From NCBI GenBank assembly GCA_033549025.1, contig JAWSUS010000004.1:64001-128000 (forward strand): a stretch of 64,000 nucleotides of DNA, read 5' to 3'. This DNA comes from Desulfuromonadales bacterium (lineage in GTDB: Bacteria > Desulfobacterota > Desulfuromonadia > Desulfuromonadales > SZUA-540). The notes below the pieces were generated by a model, which worked only from the letters and a program-made list of their open reading frames with translations, had not been told where the DNA came from and did no database searches. Both the position numbers and the translations under genes were made by a program. Shown here in pieces: positions 55,416-64,000 of the stretch. Position 1 is the first letter of the stretch, and every line of letters begins with the position of its first letter.

Positions 55416-56012
55416 CTATCTGCTGACCGATTTCCAGGAACATTGCCAAACCGGTTCGAAATAACGCGATACCTTGTCTTGGATAAGACCGTCCAGGAAA
55501 AGATAGACCATGCGCATGGGGCCTCCAAACAGGCTGGTAACCGCCACGATGGGATCCATAACCGCGATTTCCCCATTATCCATCCCTTCCTGAACCATCT
55601 GTTTCATCAGGGCGAAAGGGCTGGACGAACAGATGGGGACGCCGTCCGACATGAACTCGCGATGGCGGGCGTTCAGGATAAACTCCGTGGCCGCCGGCTG
55701 GTTGTCCGCCATGGAGAGCAGCAGAGCGATCGCCGCCCGGCAGCGCTCATAGGCGCTGGTGTGTTGGGCCAGAATGTTGCGCATGGCCTCTTCCATTTGT
55801 GTCAGCAGGTCGTGGTGGATCGCCTTGGCGATGGCTTCTTTGCTGGCAAAATGGTGATAGATGGAGCCGATGCTGATGTCCGCTTCCTTGCGGATATCCT
55901 GTACGGAGGTATTGAAATAGCCGTTACGGGAAAAGAGCCCCAAGGCCGTATCGAGAATCAGCCTCCGGGTCGCATCGGGTGTGGATGTTTTTGTCCTGGC
56001 CTCAGTCGTCAT
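55416..56012 (-). CDS. TetR/AcrR family transcriptional regulator
   Basis: ILDTALGLFSRNGYFNTSVQDIRKEADISIGSIYHHFASKE HTH. Confidence 0.95.
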   Translation of the reverse strand: MTTEARTKTSTPDATRRLILDTALGLFSRNGYFNTSVQDIRKEADISIGSIYHHFASKEAIAKAIHHDLLTQMEEAMRNILAQHTSAYERCRAAIALLLSMADNQPAATEFILNARHREFMSDGVPICSSSPFALMKQMVQEGMDNGEIAVMDPIVAVTSLFGGPMRMVYLFLDGLIQDKVSRYFEPVWQCSWKSVSR

Positions 56013-56077
56013 AAAAGTCAGCGGCGTTTGGCAGGCTGGCCCACCAGATCTTTAATCAGTATTTATAGCTCTAGGTT

Positions 56078-56122
56078 TATATATTGAAAAGTGAATATAT
56101 AGAAAGGGCAGCCCCAGGTCAA
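56078..56122 (-). promoter_or_regulatory. Sigma70 promoter of tetR overlapped by an AT-rich inverted repeat
   Basis: Minus strand TTGACC (56122-56117)-N17-TATATT (56099-56094); inverted repeat TATATATT-N8-AATATATA at 56078-56101. Confidence 0.55.
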
Positions 56123-56136
56123 GCTTTTAATGAGAC

Positions 56137-56970
56137 TCAGGGAGTGACCGCTTCCAGCGGTGACAGGGGGGGGATGTCCAGGGTCTGCACGAGTTGGGAA
56201 AACTCGCCGTCTTTGAAGACGATGGGTAGCATGCGGGTGAGGGGGCGAAGCTTGCGGGGGTTTTTGAGCCAATCCTCCAGGTCTTTTTCGGACCAGGGCG
56301 CATCCTTGCCCGGTTTTTCAGGGCTGCGCGGATAATAGGGGGTGAGTAGGCCGGAGAGGTTGGGGGCCGTTTCACCCTCACCGAGCCCACCCTCTTTCAA
56401 GGTGAGGGCGCGGTGACAACCGCCACAGCGTTTGGCGAAGATGTTTTCCGAGGCGGCGCCTTCTTTCTCGAAGTGAATGACCAGCGGCGTCTCGGCGAGC
56501 GATGGCGGGGCAGCGGCCCCTTCTTTAAGCAGAAGCGTCACCATGGCAGCAAGATCATCAGGCCCGAAACGGAAGTCGGGCATCAGGGCCACGGGTTGGC
56601 GGATACTCTCTTCCAGTTCCAGCGGTGGCGTGACGGCGGCGGCGCGGTCAAGATTGCTGGCCAGGGTGGTGCCCTTGCCGCCCAGAGTGTGGCAGCGCCG
56701 GCAGCCGGCCTGGTCGGCCAGGGTGGTGCCGCGTTTTACCACGGGAGAGTCGGTCTGGTTGAAGGTGGCATGGCGGCCGGGCACGAAGCGGTCATGAGCG
56801 ATCTCCTGGCGCTTGGTGCCGGGGTGCCCGCGATGGCAGTCGGTGCAGGTGCCCTGACCGTCAAAATGAGTCTCATGACAGCGCAGGCACAAGGGTTGAC
56901 CGGCTGCGCAGGAAGCGCCCACGGGCATAGCCAGCAGAAAAAGAATCAGAAAGGCAACACGAAAGCCCAA
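56137..56970 (-). CDS. extS: Tetraheme c-type cytochrome, last gene of the ext-type operon (ExtS-like)
   Basis: CLRCH, CTDCH, CRRCH, CGGCH; N-terminal export signal. Symbol assigned from operon position. Confidence 0.7.
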   Translation of the reverse strand: MGFRVAFLILFLLAMPVGASCAAGQPLCLRCHETHFDGQGTCTDCHRGHPGTKRQEIAHDRFVPGRHATFNQTDSPVVKRGTTLADQAGCRRCHTLGGKGTTLASNLDRAAAVTPPLELEESIRQPVALMPDFRFGPDDLAAMVTLLLKEGAAAPPSLAETPLVIHFEKEGAASENIFAKRCGGCHRALTLKEGGLGEGETAPNLSGLLTPYYPRSPEKPGKDAPWSEKDLEDWLKNPRKLRPLTRMLPIVFKDGEFSQLVQTLDIPPLSPLEAVTP

Positions 56971-57359
56971 TTTTCACCTCGAAAAAACATGGCAATCAGC
57001 GTCAGGGTCAAAATGCCGAAGAAGGCGACCAGGCAGAGGGCGGTGGCCAGACGCTGATCACGGCCAAACCAGCGAGCGCGGGTGGCCGGAGGCGATCCTG
57101 GCAGGAAGGGGAGCAGCAGAAAGACCAAGGCACCGACGATGATGAGATAGACCAGGTACTTGGAATAGCTCACCAGTTCCTGGGTCCACAGCAGGAACCA
57201 GGCGGATTTGACGGGATTGGGCACGGTGGCGATGTCAGCCGGCCCCTGCAACGGAGCGGGGAGGAGCAGGGCCAGCCCCATGAGCACGAGGCAGGTGACC
57301 CATGCCGCCCTTTTGATGAGAGGAAAGAAACCCTCGGTGCTGAAAACGTATTTTTTCAT
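56946..57359 (-). CDS. extQ: Cytochrome b6 subunit IV-like membrane protein (ExtQ-like)
   Basis: PAPLQGPAD...PNPVKSAWFLLW (PEWY-equivalent region), three TMs; start ATG 57359. Confidence 0.75.
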   Translation of the reverse strand: MKKYVFSTEGFFPLIKRAAWVTCLVLMGLALLLPAPLQGPADIATVPNPVKSAWFLLWTQELVSYSKYLVYLIIVGALVFLLLPFLPGSPPATRARWFGRDQRLATALCLVAFFGILTLTLIAMFFRGENWAFVLPF

Positions 57360-57982
57360 AGGTAGGGCAACACTCCCTTGTCTCGCCGGATGCGGTAAAA
57401 ATGCAGCAGGCAGAGGGCGAGCATGCAGGCCGGCACAAAGACGATATGCAGGGCGTAAAAACGCAGCAGCGACAGCTCGCCGCCGACCTCGTCGGGCACC
57501 AGAATCCGTTTCAGCGCCGGGCCGCCGGGTACCGTGGCTAGCAGCTCCATCCCCGTCTGCGTGGCCCACAGGGCGAGCTGATCCATGGGCAGCAGATAGC
57601 CGGTGTAGGCGGCGAAGACGGCCAGGCAGAGCAGTCCGAAGCCGATAATCCAGTTCAGCTCCCGCGGCTTGCGGTAGGCCCCGGTGAGAATCACGCGCAG
57701 GGTATGTAGGAAGATAAAAATCAGCAGCGCGTGGGAGCAGATGCGGTGCAGGCTGCGGATATAGCCGCCCAGAAAGACGCTGCGCTCCAGGGCCAGAATC
57801 GACTCAAAGGCCTTCTCCGGGGTCGGCTGATAGTAGAAGATCAGCAGCAGGCCGGTGACGATGAGGAGCAAAAAGGCGGTAAAGGCCAGTCCCCCCAGGC
57901 AAAAGGTATAGGTCATCCGCAGGTTGCGTCGCAACACCACGCGAGGGAAGAGATGGGCGATAAAGTCTCTATACACGCTCAA
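57356..57982 (-). CDS. extP: Cytochrome b6-like N-terminal subunit (ExtP-like)
   Basis: TGLLLIFYYQP, IRSLHR..SH, LHTLRV, PRELNW, TGYLLP, RFYALH. Confidence 0.85.
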   Translation of the reverse strand: MSVYRDFIAHLFPRVVLRRNLRMTYTFCLGGLAFTAFLLLIVTGLLLIFYYQPTPEKAFESILALERSVFLGGYIRSLHRICSHALLIFIFLHTLRVILTGAYRKPRELNWIIGFGLLCLAVFAAYTGYLLPMDQLALWATQTGMELLATVPGGPALKRILVPDEVGGELSLLRFYALHIVFVPACMLALCLLHFYRIRRDKGVLPYL

Positions 57983-58381
57983 TCAGGCCTTTCCGCTGTA
58001 GATCGTCAACAGGTCGCCACGTTCTTCCAAAGCCAACCGCCGCAGGGGCTCGTCGGCCGGGCCGGACAGTACGGCGCCGTCGCGGGCAAAGAGGCTGCCG
58101 TGACAGGGACAGACCAGGTTCGTGGGGGTGACCGACACCGTACAGCCCAGATGGGTGCAGGTCAGGTCCAGGGCGAACACCTCTTCGCCCTGACGGATGA
58201 CGGCCACCCGTGCCTGGCGAAAGACCAGGGCGCCGTCGGGGGGGATGTCACCTCGTGGGACCTCCAGCAACACCTGCTGCGGGGCGGCCTTGGGAAAGAG
58301 AAATTTGCCGACCAGCAGAGCCAGCCCCGAAAAAGTCAGGGTTTTGAGGAGGTATCGACGCTTTCGACCAAACTTTTCCAT
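57983..58381 (-). CDS. Rieske [2Fe-2S] protein of the ext-type bc complex
   Basis: CTHLGC and CPCHGS motifs; Tat-like KRRYLL; start ATG 58381. Confidence 0.9.
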   Translation of the reverse strand: MEKFGRKRRYLLKTLTFSGLALLVGKFLFPKAAPQQVLLEVPRGDIPPDGALVFRQARVAVIRQGEEVFALDLTCTHLGCTVSVTPTNLVCPCHGSLFARDGAVLSGPADEPLRRLALEERGDLLTIYSGKA

Positions 58382-59568
58382 TTTTCGATATAAGCCTTGG
58401 TGTAGGTGGACGTCGGTGTGCTCAGGCGCTCGTAGCGTTCTGGCGTCATGAACTGGCCGTTGACCAGGGTCTGTCCTTCCTGACTCCAGAAAGAGGGCAA
58501 CGGCAGACCGTCGCGCTGCAGTTCGTAGATACGGTCTCGGGGGTCTTCCAGCAGAAAGCGGCGCGGATTGTCGTGGCAGGCCTCGCAGGTCGCCGTGCCG
58601 CGACGGATGGTATGGGGAAAGAAGGCTTTCCACTGGGCGGCGACCAGGGCGTTTTCCACCCGATTCGGATCATCCTTTTGGCGCAGGTCCGAGTAAAAGG
58701 CGATGAACTGGGGCCGGATTGGGCTGACCTTGCCGCGACTGTTCAGCCCCAGGGGGGGCGCGTTCTGCTGGCGCAGATAGGCGCTCTGCACATATTCATC
58801 GGCCGGATTCTGCTTGAGATTGAAGTACTCGCGGTTGGGGTTGTTCCCCAGTCGCAGGAAAAAGCTGCCGTATTCCTGGGGTGCCCAGCTGGCGTGGCAG
58901 GCAGTGCATTCCAGTTGTTCCCGATGGGCGGCGATGCGGTGCTCGACAATGGTCGGGTCCGGTTCATGGCAGTCCGTGCATTCCTTGGCGCTGAGACGGC
59001 CGTCCACCAGGCTCTGCATGCTGTGGCAGTCGCCGCAGCTCAGCCCCGCTTCCTCATGCACGTCGGGGCGCATCTTCAGGTAGGCTTGGCCGTCGACGAT
59101 TTCGCCCCGCTGGTAGCGGTTGTGATTCTCTCGCGGCGCCCGTCCGAAAAAGTCGGCGCCGACAAAATAGCCCTGGTGACAGCGGTGGCAGGTGTCCGAA
59201 GTCGGGCGCGTGAGGGTATGGATGTCCGCCCCGTGGCAATCAGCGCAGGAACTTACATGGCAGTCGGCGCAGTTCTTTTGGAAAAAGTCAGCGTCATGGG
59301 CTCCGAAAGCGCCGTGTACGAAGGCCTTCTCAGCGCTGCGGGTGGTCATGGCCTGGGTAAATATAGCTTCATAGCCGCCGTGGCAGTCCGCACATGCCCG
59401 TGCCCCGTCGCGCACCGGGCCGGCGTCGCCTGTCGTATGGCAGTCGGCGCAGCTGAGGTCGCCATGGGCGCCGCTGAGGCGTTTTGTGGTGGGGTCGGCC
59501 ACGGCCGCCCCGCAGAGGCTAAGGCCGAGCAGGCACAGAGCGCTCAAGGCAGCGATCCAGCGCGCCAT
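58336..59568 (-). CDS. Multiheme c-type cytochrome, 9 CxxCH
   Basis: Signal peptide; CADCH x4, CHRCH, CGDCH, CTDCH, CTACH, CEACH. Confidence 0.9.
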   Translation of the reverse strand: MARWIAALSALCLLGLSLCGAAVADPTTKRLSGAHGDLSCADCHTTGDAGPVRDGARACADCHGGYEAIFTQAMTTRSAEKAFVHGAFGAHDADFFQKNCADCHVSSCADCHGADIHTLTRPTSDTCHRCHQGYFVGADFFGRAPRENHNRYQRGEIVDGQAYLKMRPDVHEEAGLSCGDCHSMQSLVDGRLSAKECTDCHEPDPTIVEHRIAAHREQLECTACHASWAPQEYGSFFLRLGNNPNREYFNLKQNPADEYVQSAYLRQQNAPPLGLNSRGKVSPIRPQFIAFYSDLRQKDDPNRVENALVAAQWKAFFPHTIRRGTATCEACHDNPRRFLLEDPRDRIYELQRDGLPLPSFWSQEGQTLVNGQFMTPERYERLSTPTSTYTKAYIEKWKSLVESVDTSSKP

Positions 59569-61369
59569 AGTCGAGTTCCTTTTGGTAGATGGGGTCTTTG
59601 GGGTTGTCGTGGCAGACCAGACATAGGTTGACCGCCAGCACTTTCTTCACCTCTGCCCCATTGAGGGGCCGGGAGTTCTCGCGGGTGATGGCGGAAAAGG
59701 CCTTTACCTTGCCGTTCTCCATCGTCAGATAACCGTCCAGAGGCTTGCTGTCTGATTTTTCGCACAGCAGGGTCCCTTCGATGGTGGCGCCCTCGATGAC
59801 ATGCTGCCCAAAACCGAGGAAAGACGGATTGCCATGACACTCGGCGCAGCCGACAGCCCGGGTGCCGGTGTTGTGGCTGTAAAAGGGGGCGAAACGCAGC
59901 TGTTGGCGGTCGCCGAAGCGGGCCACGTACTCGTCCTTGCTCTTGCGGCCGTCGCGTTCGATGACGGTGACGAAGGTCTGGCAGCCCGGTGTCACCGGCG
60001 AAACCTTCCCGCGCTGGTTCAAGGCCAGGGGGAAGGGGTAAAGCATGCGAAAATCTTCTGTTTCGCTGAAGGCGCCGGGGGTGTCGTAGCCCTTGACAAA
60101 ATCGCGAGCGTTGCGGGTGAGGTCGTACTCGGTGTGACAACCGTAGCACTGCACCACCGTACGCGAATGGCAGCTGTAACATTCGAGGCGGTCGTGGCCG
60201 ACGATGGTGTGCTCCGGCGTGTCGGTGATGACCTTCGATTCATGTAGCTTACCGCTGCGCTTGCCCTGCAGCCAGATCTTGCCGTCCTGCTCGAAGACGT
60301 TGGCGTATTTGCGCCTCTTGGCTGTCAGCACCATGTTGGCGCCGTAGGTCATGGGCAGCTTGTAGCTGCGCGATTCTACCAAAGCGCTGTCGTTCTCACG
60401 GCTGATGGCTTCCAGCCGTGGGTGCTCCCGGGCGCCGCCGTGACAGTCTTCGCAGGCGGTCTCCGTCTGCAGATACATATTCTCGTAGGCGTAGCCATCC
60501 CCCATGACATCGCGGGAGGTGTGGCAGTCGATGCAGTCCATCCCCTTGGCGTGGTGGATGTCGGGGGCGATGCTGGTGACGTTGCGCACGCTGCCGATGA
60601 GTTCAGGGCCGGGGATGGCGTCTCGGGTGGGCACCAGGCTGTTGTTGCCGTCATTAAGGCCCTGGTAGGAGAGGGCGATGCGCCCACTGCGGTTGTGACA
60701 GCGGAAGCAGACCTTGTTGTCGGGCAGGGCGGCCATTTCATGGCTGGCCGAATAGGGCCACTTGCCATGCACCGTCTCGTCGCCGCCCTGGTAGGTGGCG
60801 TTGTCGTTGTAGGGGAAATGGCAGGCGGCGCAGCCCGCGCCATGGCTGCCCGTCCAAATCTGATTAGCTTCCTGGCCGACGTGGCAGAGTGAACAGCCCT
60901 TGCGATAGAGTTCACCGGCGAGATTGTTGAGGTCTTTGACGGGGTGCAGTTTTTGCGGGTCGCCCTTGGCGTCAAAAACCTCCTCCTGGCGGGTGCCGTA
61001 CAACTGGCCGTCTACACCCTCCCAGGTGAGTTGGGCGTTTTTGATGATGCCGGTGTTGGTGTACATCAGGTTGGAGCGGACCCGTTTCAGTTGGCTCTCG
61101 TGGCAGCCGCCGCAGCCCTTGTCCCAGAACGCGGGGTCTGCCGGATTCTTTTTGCCGAACATGCCCCGGTGGGCGGCGTCCTTGTTGTCGGTGCCGGGGT
61201 CGCCGCCGTGACAGGTCGTGCAGGCGCCGTGGGTGGGGGAGGCGAGCTCCAGCCCCTGGTGGCAGCTCTCGCAGCGGGACTCCTCGTCCTGGCTGGTGGT
61301 GCAGCCGATGGCGGATAAAAGGAGCAGGACAGCCAAGGCCCAATATGACAGAAGACGATGCAGCGGCAT
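59519..61369 (-). CDS. extM: Dodecaheme c-type cytochrome lipoprotein (ExtM-like)
   Basis: Lipobox AIGC; 12 CxxCH motifs counted; probable start ATG 61369 (track uses GTG 61402). Confidence 0.85.
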   Translation of the reverse strand: MPLHRLLSYWALAVLLLLSAIGCTTSQDEESRCESCHQGLELASPTHGACTTCHGGDPGTDNKDAAHRGMFGKKNPADPAFWDKGCGGCHESQLKRVRSNLMYTNTGIIKNAQLTWEGVDGQLYGTRQEEVFDAKGDPQKLHPVKDLNNLAGELYRKGCSLCHVGQEANQIWTGSHGAGCAACHFPYNDNATYQGGDETVHGKWPYSASHEMAALPDNKVCFRCHNRSGRIALSYQGLNDGNNSLVPTRDAIPGPELIGSVRNVTSIAPDIHHAKGMDCIDCHTSRDVMGDGYAYENMYLQTETACEDCHGGAREHPRLEAISRENDSALVESRSYKLPMTYGANMVLTAKRRKYANVFEQDGKIWLQGKRSGKLHESKVITDTPEHTIVGHDRLECYSCHSRTVVQCYGCHTEYDLTRNARDFVKGYDTPGAFSETEDFRMLYPFPLALNQRGKVSPVTPGCQTFVTVIERDGRKSKDEYVARFGDRQQLRFAPFYSHNTGTRAVGCAECHGNPSFLGFGQHVIEGATIEGTLLCEKSDSKPLDGYLTMENGKVKAFSAITRENSRPLNGAEVKKVLAVNLCLVCHDNPKDPIYQKELDYGALDRCLERSVPARP

Positions 61370-61486
61370 AGATTCAGTAATGATGGATGATGGCGATTTC
61401 ACGAGATGAAAAGACTTCCGGTATCTTAACCGAAGTCCTCCGGGACAACCAGTAAAAAGGTCGGCGGTGAAGCGTCGATGTTCACG

Positions 61487-61536
61487 AAAAAAAGCGGCTG
61501 ACCGGATATCTCAGCGGGAAGAATCCGGCCAGCCGC
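61487..61536 (-). terminator. Intra-operon terminator-like hairpin after the selenocytochrome gene
   Basis: Minus strand GCGGCTGGCCGGAT / ATCCGGTCAGCCGC followed by T7. Confidence 0.7.
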
Positions 61537-61579
61537 GCATGGCAAGGTGGTTCATTGTCAGGAGGGCTACGGCCAGTGC

Positions 61580-62896
61580 TTAAAGTTTACTGACCTTCAC
61601 CGTTTTGACCTCTTCCTTCCAGAGGAAGGGGTCGCTCTGCTTGTTGCCGTAAGGCAGATACCAGAGCTGCACTTTCAGTTCCATTTCCGTTTGCCCTTCG
61701 GGGAAGCGGATTTCAAAGTGTTCCTTGACTTTCTTTCCCGGGTGTAGCCCGGTGTCGGCAATGATGCCGCTCTTCTCGTAGGGGCCGCGGCCCATTTCGT
61801 CGCCCCGCGCAAATTTCTGCGGGATAGGCATGTAGATCTTGTCCTGATTGTAAACTTCCTGACCATCCTTCGTTGTAGCGATTACCGACAGAACCAGTCG
61901 GTTGGGGGTCGGTCAGCCATCGGGGATGGCGTGGCCGGTGCGGTTGGTCATGGCCACGTCAAGCATGACCTGAGGCACCACATTACGGCCGTCACGCCAG
62001 TTCATAGCATTGGCATGGACTTCAAACTCCACGGCCCGATCCGCCATGCCTTTGTCGCGGTAGCTCTGCATGTTGTGGCCGAGCCCGCTCTCTTGCATGT
62101 GACACTCCTGGCAGGTCTGGTCGCCGCCGCCGGCTACGTAGGACCAGAGGTAGCTGCCATAGGCCGTGGCGCACTGAGTGGGGTTGTCCAGCTCCAGGTT
62201 GGGCCCGAGGCCGTGACACTGGCCGCAGAGGATCGACTCCTTCATGATGGGGCTGGCCTTCATGACCGGGAAGTCGGCATCCATGTGTTCGCCGTCCACG
62301 TTACCGTAGACCACGCCGGCCTGCGGATAGCCGTCGGCCCACTTGTGGGTGATGGCCATGCGGTTGTGGCAGACCAGGCAGTTGATGTTGAGCTTGAGCA
62401 GGGTTTCCTTCTTGGCTTCGAAGGTCTTCATGTCGTCTTCGGCGTAGGCGTTCATGAAGTCGTAGATGGTGCCGACGAATTCCTTGGCCACGGCGTCGGT
62501 GGCGTCAGCCAGCTGGGGCAGGTGGCACTTGGCGCAGCCCATCAGGTGTTCGACTTCGACATCCTTGGGGTCGGTGACGCCCGAATAGGCCCAGGACATA
62601 AAGCCGTTGGTAAAGGCGGTCTTGAAAGTGGCGGCGGTACGGCCGGTGCCGTACACCGAGCGGGAGTGAGCCGATTGGGCCCACTCGTCATGCGCCTCCT
62701 GGTGGCAGTCGACGCAGGAGCTCGAATCGTACATGTCGATCAGCTCCTGCAGGGTGTTCGCTTTGCCTTTTTTGGCGGCGATGGTGCCGTCCTTGCCGAT
62801 GCCCGCCGCCTCGCTGGGAGAGGGAGCCAGGCCAAAGGTGGCAGCCGCCAGGAAAGCGAGACCCCAGATACTAAGAGTCCTTCCTGTCGCGTTCAT
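61580..62896 (-). CDS. extKL: Pentaheme c-type cytochrome selenoprotein (ExtKL/MccSep-like), 438 aa, Sec at codon 328 (TGA 61915-61913)
   Basis: Five CxxCH motifs. The frame continues past TGA without a stop ([42 protein letters not shown]...) into the 61580..61831 ORF. SECIS-like hairpin 10 nt downstream. Confidence 0.9.
61884..61902 (-). promoter_or_regulatory. Bacterial SECIS-like hairpin
   Basis: Minus strand ACCGAC-TGGTTCT-GTCGGT starting 10 nt after the in-frame UGA, with a G-containing apical loop. Confidence 0.75.
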
Positions 62897-62937
62897 ATCC
62901 GTTCCATTTCATATTTGGGTTGTTTGGTGCAGTTCAG

Positions 62938-62984
62938 AAAAAAATCAGGGCAGATCAGGCCCATTTAAGCCCGACCTGCCCCGA
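62938..62984 (-). terminator. Intra-operon terminator-like hairpin between extJ-like and extKL-like genes
   Basis: Minus strand TCGGGGCAGGTCGGGC / GCCTGATCTGCCCTGA followed by T7; the mismatches are G-U pairs only in this orientation. Confidence 0.7.
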
Positions 62985-62993
62985 GGGTGGGAA

Positions 62994-63236
62994 TTAGCAG
63001 CCCATCAGCATGTCTTTGCCTTTTTTAGGGGCGGCTTTCTTCTCTTCTTTTTCTTTCTTTACTTCCACTTTCACGGCATCGCCGACGCTCACGTCAGCCG
63101 CATCGCCTTTTTCCACTTCAATAGTGACCGTTTTGCCGCTGACGGCGGTGACCTTGCCTTTAAGCTCGGCTTCGTCAGCGAAGGCGACGCCGGCGCTCAG
63201 CAGGGTGATAGCGGTCAGAATAAGCAGTTTTTTCAT
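62994..63236 (-). CDS. extJ: Small periplasmic protein ending in ...LMGC (ExtJ-like)
   Basis: AGGAG RBS, signal peptide (AFA-D), small OB-like beta domain, Lys-rich linker, C-terminal Cys; lies between the porin and the selenocytochrome. Confidence 0.75.
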   Translation of the reverse strand: MKKLLILTAITLLSAGVAFADEAELKGKVTAVSGKTVTIEVEKGDAADVSVGDAVKVEVKKEKEEKKAAPKKGKDMLMGC

Positions 63237-63268
63237 GGTTTCTCTCCTTTTTTACTATTCAGCAGAGG

Positions 63269-64000
63269 TTAAAAAATCAGCTGCAGCTGGGCAGCCAGGG
63301 TGTTGATATCCTCGGTCTTCTCGCCACCGAAGAACCCTTCCTGGTCGAAGTCTGCCACAGAATACTCAACAGTCAACTTGAGATCCTGGCCGCGCAGATA
63401 ATAGTTGAAGCCAGCGGCGTAGGCGGTGATTTCCTGGTCAACCACATTGTTCAAGGTGGCAAAAGACCAGTCTTCATAACGGGCGAAGATCTGCAGCGGA
63501 GTGTTGGGCAGCATGTAGCCGGCCTTGTAGTAAGAGCCGTTTTTCTCGCCGTTGATGCCGGTGAGGCCGGTAGCGGTGTTGGTCTGGTAAGCGTCGTCGA
63601 GATCATAGTCGACGTAGGCGCCGGACAGGGTGAAGGTGCCGACATCTTCGACCGGATACTCGAAGAAGCCGTCCACGGTCCAGGCGGCGTAATCGACGGA
63701 ACCGCTATTGGGAGCTTCGTACTCGACGTCAGACTCGAACTGGTAGGCGGCGCCCACGGTGAGGACCTTCTTCTCGCCCATGTAGGTGCCTTTGTAGCCG
63801 TAGCCGGTCTCTTTGTCGAACAGGCTCACATGACCGCGTGCGCTGTAGCGCAGGTTCGATTTGGGGGTGGAGTCGCTGTCGTTGCGGCCGTTCATGGCGT
63901 CAACGCGGTACTGGAACATGCCGTCAGCCAGATTGCCCCACACGGCCACCCCTTTGTCGCGGGTGCTGACATAAGGGGCGCGGATGAAGTACGACCGGTC
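63269..64000 (-). CDS. extI: Phosphate-selective-porin-like outer-membrane protein (ExtI-like), 5'-truncated by the window end
   Basis: Frame open to the window edge (DRSYFIRAPYVSTRDKGVAVWGN...); amphipathic strands; C-terminal QLQLIF barrel signal. Confidence 0.8.
   Translation of the reverse strand, partial: DRSYFIRAPYVSTRDKGVAVWGNLADGMFQYRVDAMNGRNDSDSTPKSNLRYSARGHVSLFDKETGYGYKGTYMGEKKVLTVGAAYQFESDVEYEAPNSGSVDYAAWTVDGFFEYPVEDVGTFTLSGAYVDYDLDDAYQTNTATGLTGINGEKNGSYYKAGYMLPNTPLQIFARYEDWSFATLNNVVDQEITAYAAGFNYYLRGQDLKLTVEYSVADFDQEGFFGGEKTEDINTLAAQLQLIF

Noticed and set aside
61580..61831. 83-aa ORF as an independent gene, or the upstream gene as a nonsense pseudogene
   Set aside because: It is in frame with the upstream cytochrome across a single TGA with a SECIS-like hairpin, so it is better explained as the C-terminus of a selenoprotein.
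1..64000. CRISPR arrays, tRNA/rRNA genes, integrases, transposases, prophage or defence genes
   Set aside because: None recognised on either strand; repeats found are limited to intragenic domain repeats, terminators, one REP doublet and one heptamer hairpin.

Overview
This is a GC-rich bacterial window whose gene content and order point to a Desulfuromonadales/Geobacterales-type deltaproteobacterium (inference). (1) 1-23990: a ~24 kb co-directional operon behind the 3' end of a GEMM-I (cyclic-dinucleotide) riboswitch and its terminator. It encodes a 2848-aa secreted protein with ~15 DUF11/isopeptide-type Ig repeats, a 1716-aa triple-OmpA plus beta-barrel protein, three TPR proteins (two are lipoproteins), two small exported proteins and a complete proton-motor module (ExbB/AglR-like, two ExbD/AglQS-like, TonB-C/GltG-like). 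This Agl-Glt-like motor coupled to a giant adhesin is the best candidate here for an undescribed system. (2) 24460-36439: a complete pelA-G exopolysaccharide operon with pelB split into two genes. (3) 36.5-46.4 kb: mixed housekeeping genes (PPDK_N-like protein, mltA, aroK, quinone oxidoreductase, siroheme-domain protein, a two-component system with a triple direct-repeat box, nitronate monooxygenase-family enzyme). (4) 46.5-53.6 kb: a heme cluster (AhbD-like radical SAM, hemE, hemH, hemY) with a DnaJ-class gene and a membrane protein carrying presenilin/SPP-like motifs. (5) 53.7-64 kb, minus strand: a TetR gene, an orphan Tat 4Fe-4S/cytochrome b pair and an ext-type porin-multiheme-Rieske/cytochrome b operon. 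Its pentaheme cytochrome reads through an in-frame UGA followed by a SECIS-like hairpin (selenoprotein), which the ORF track splits in two. All calls come from reading motifs by eye; no database search was run.
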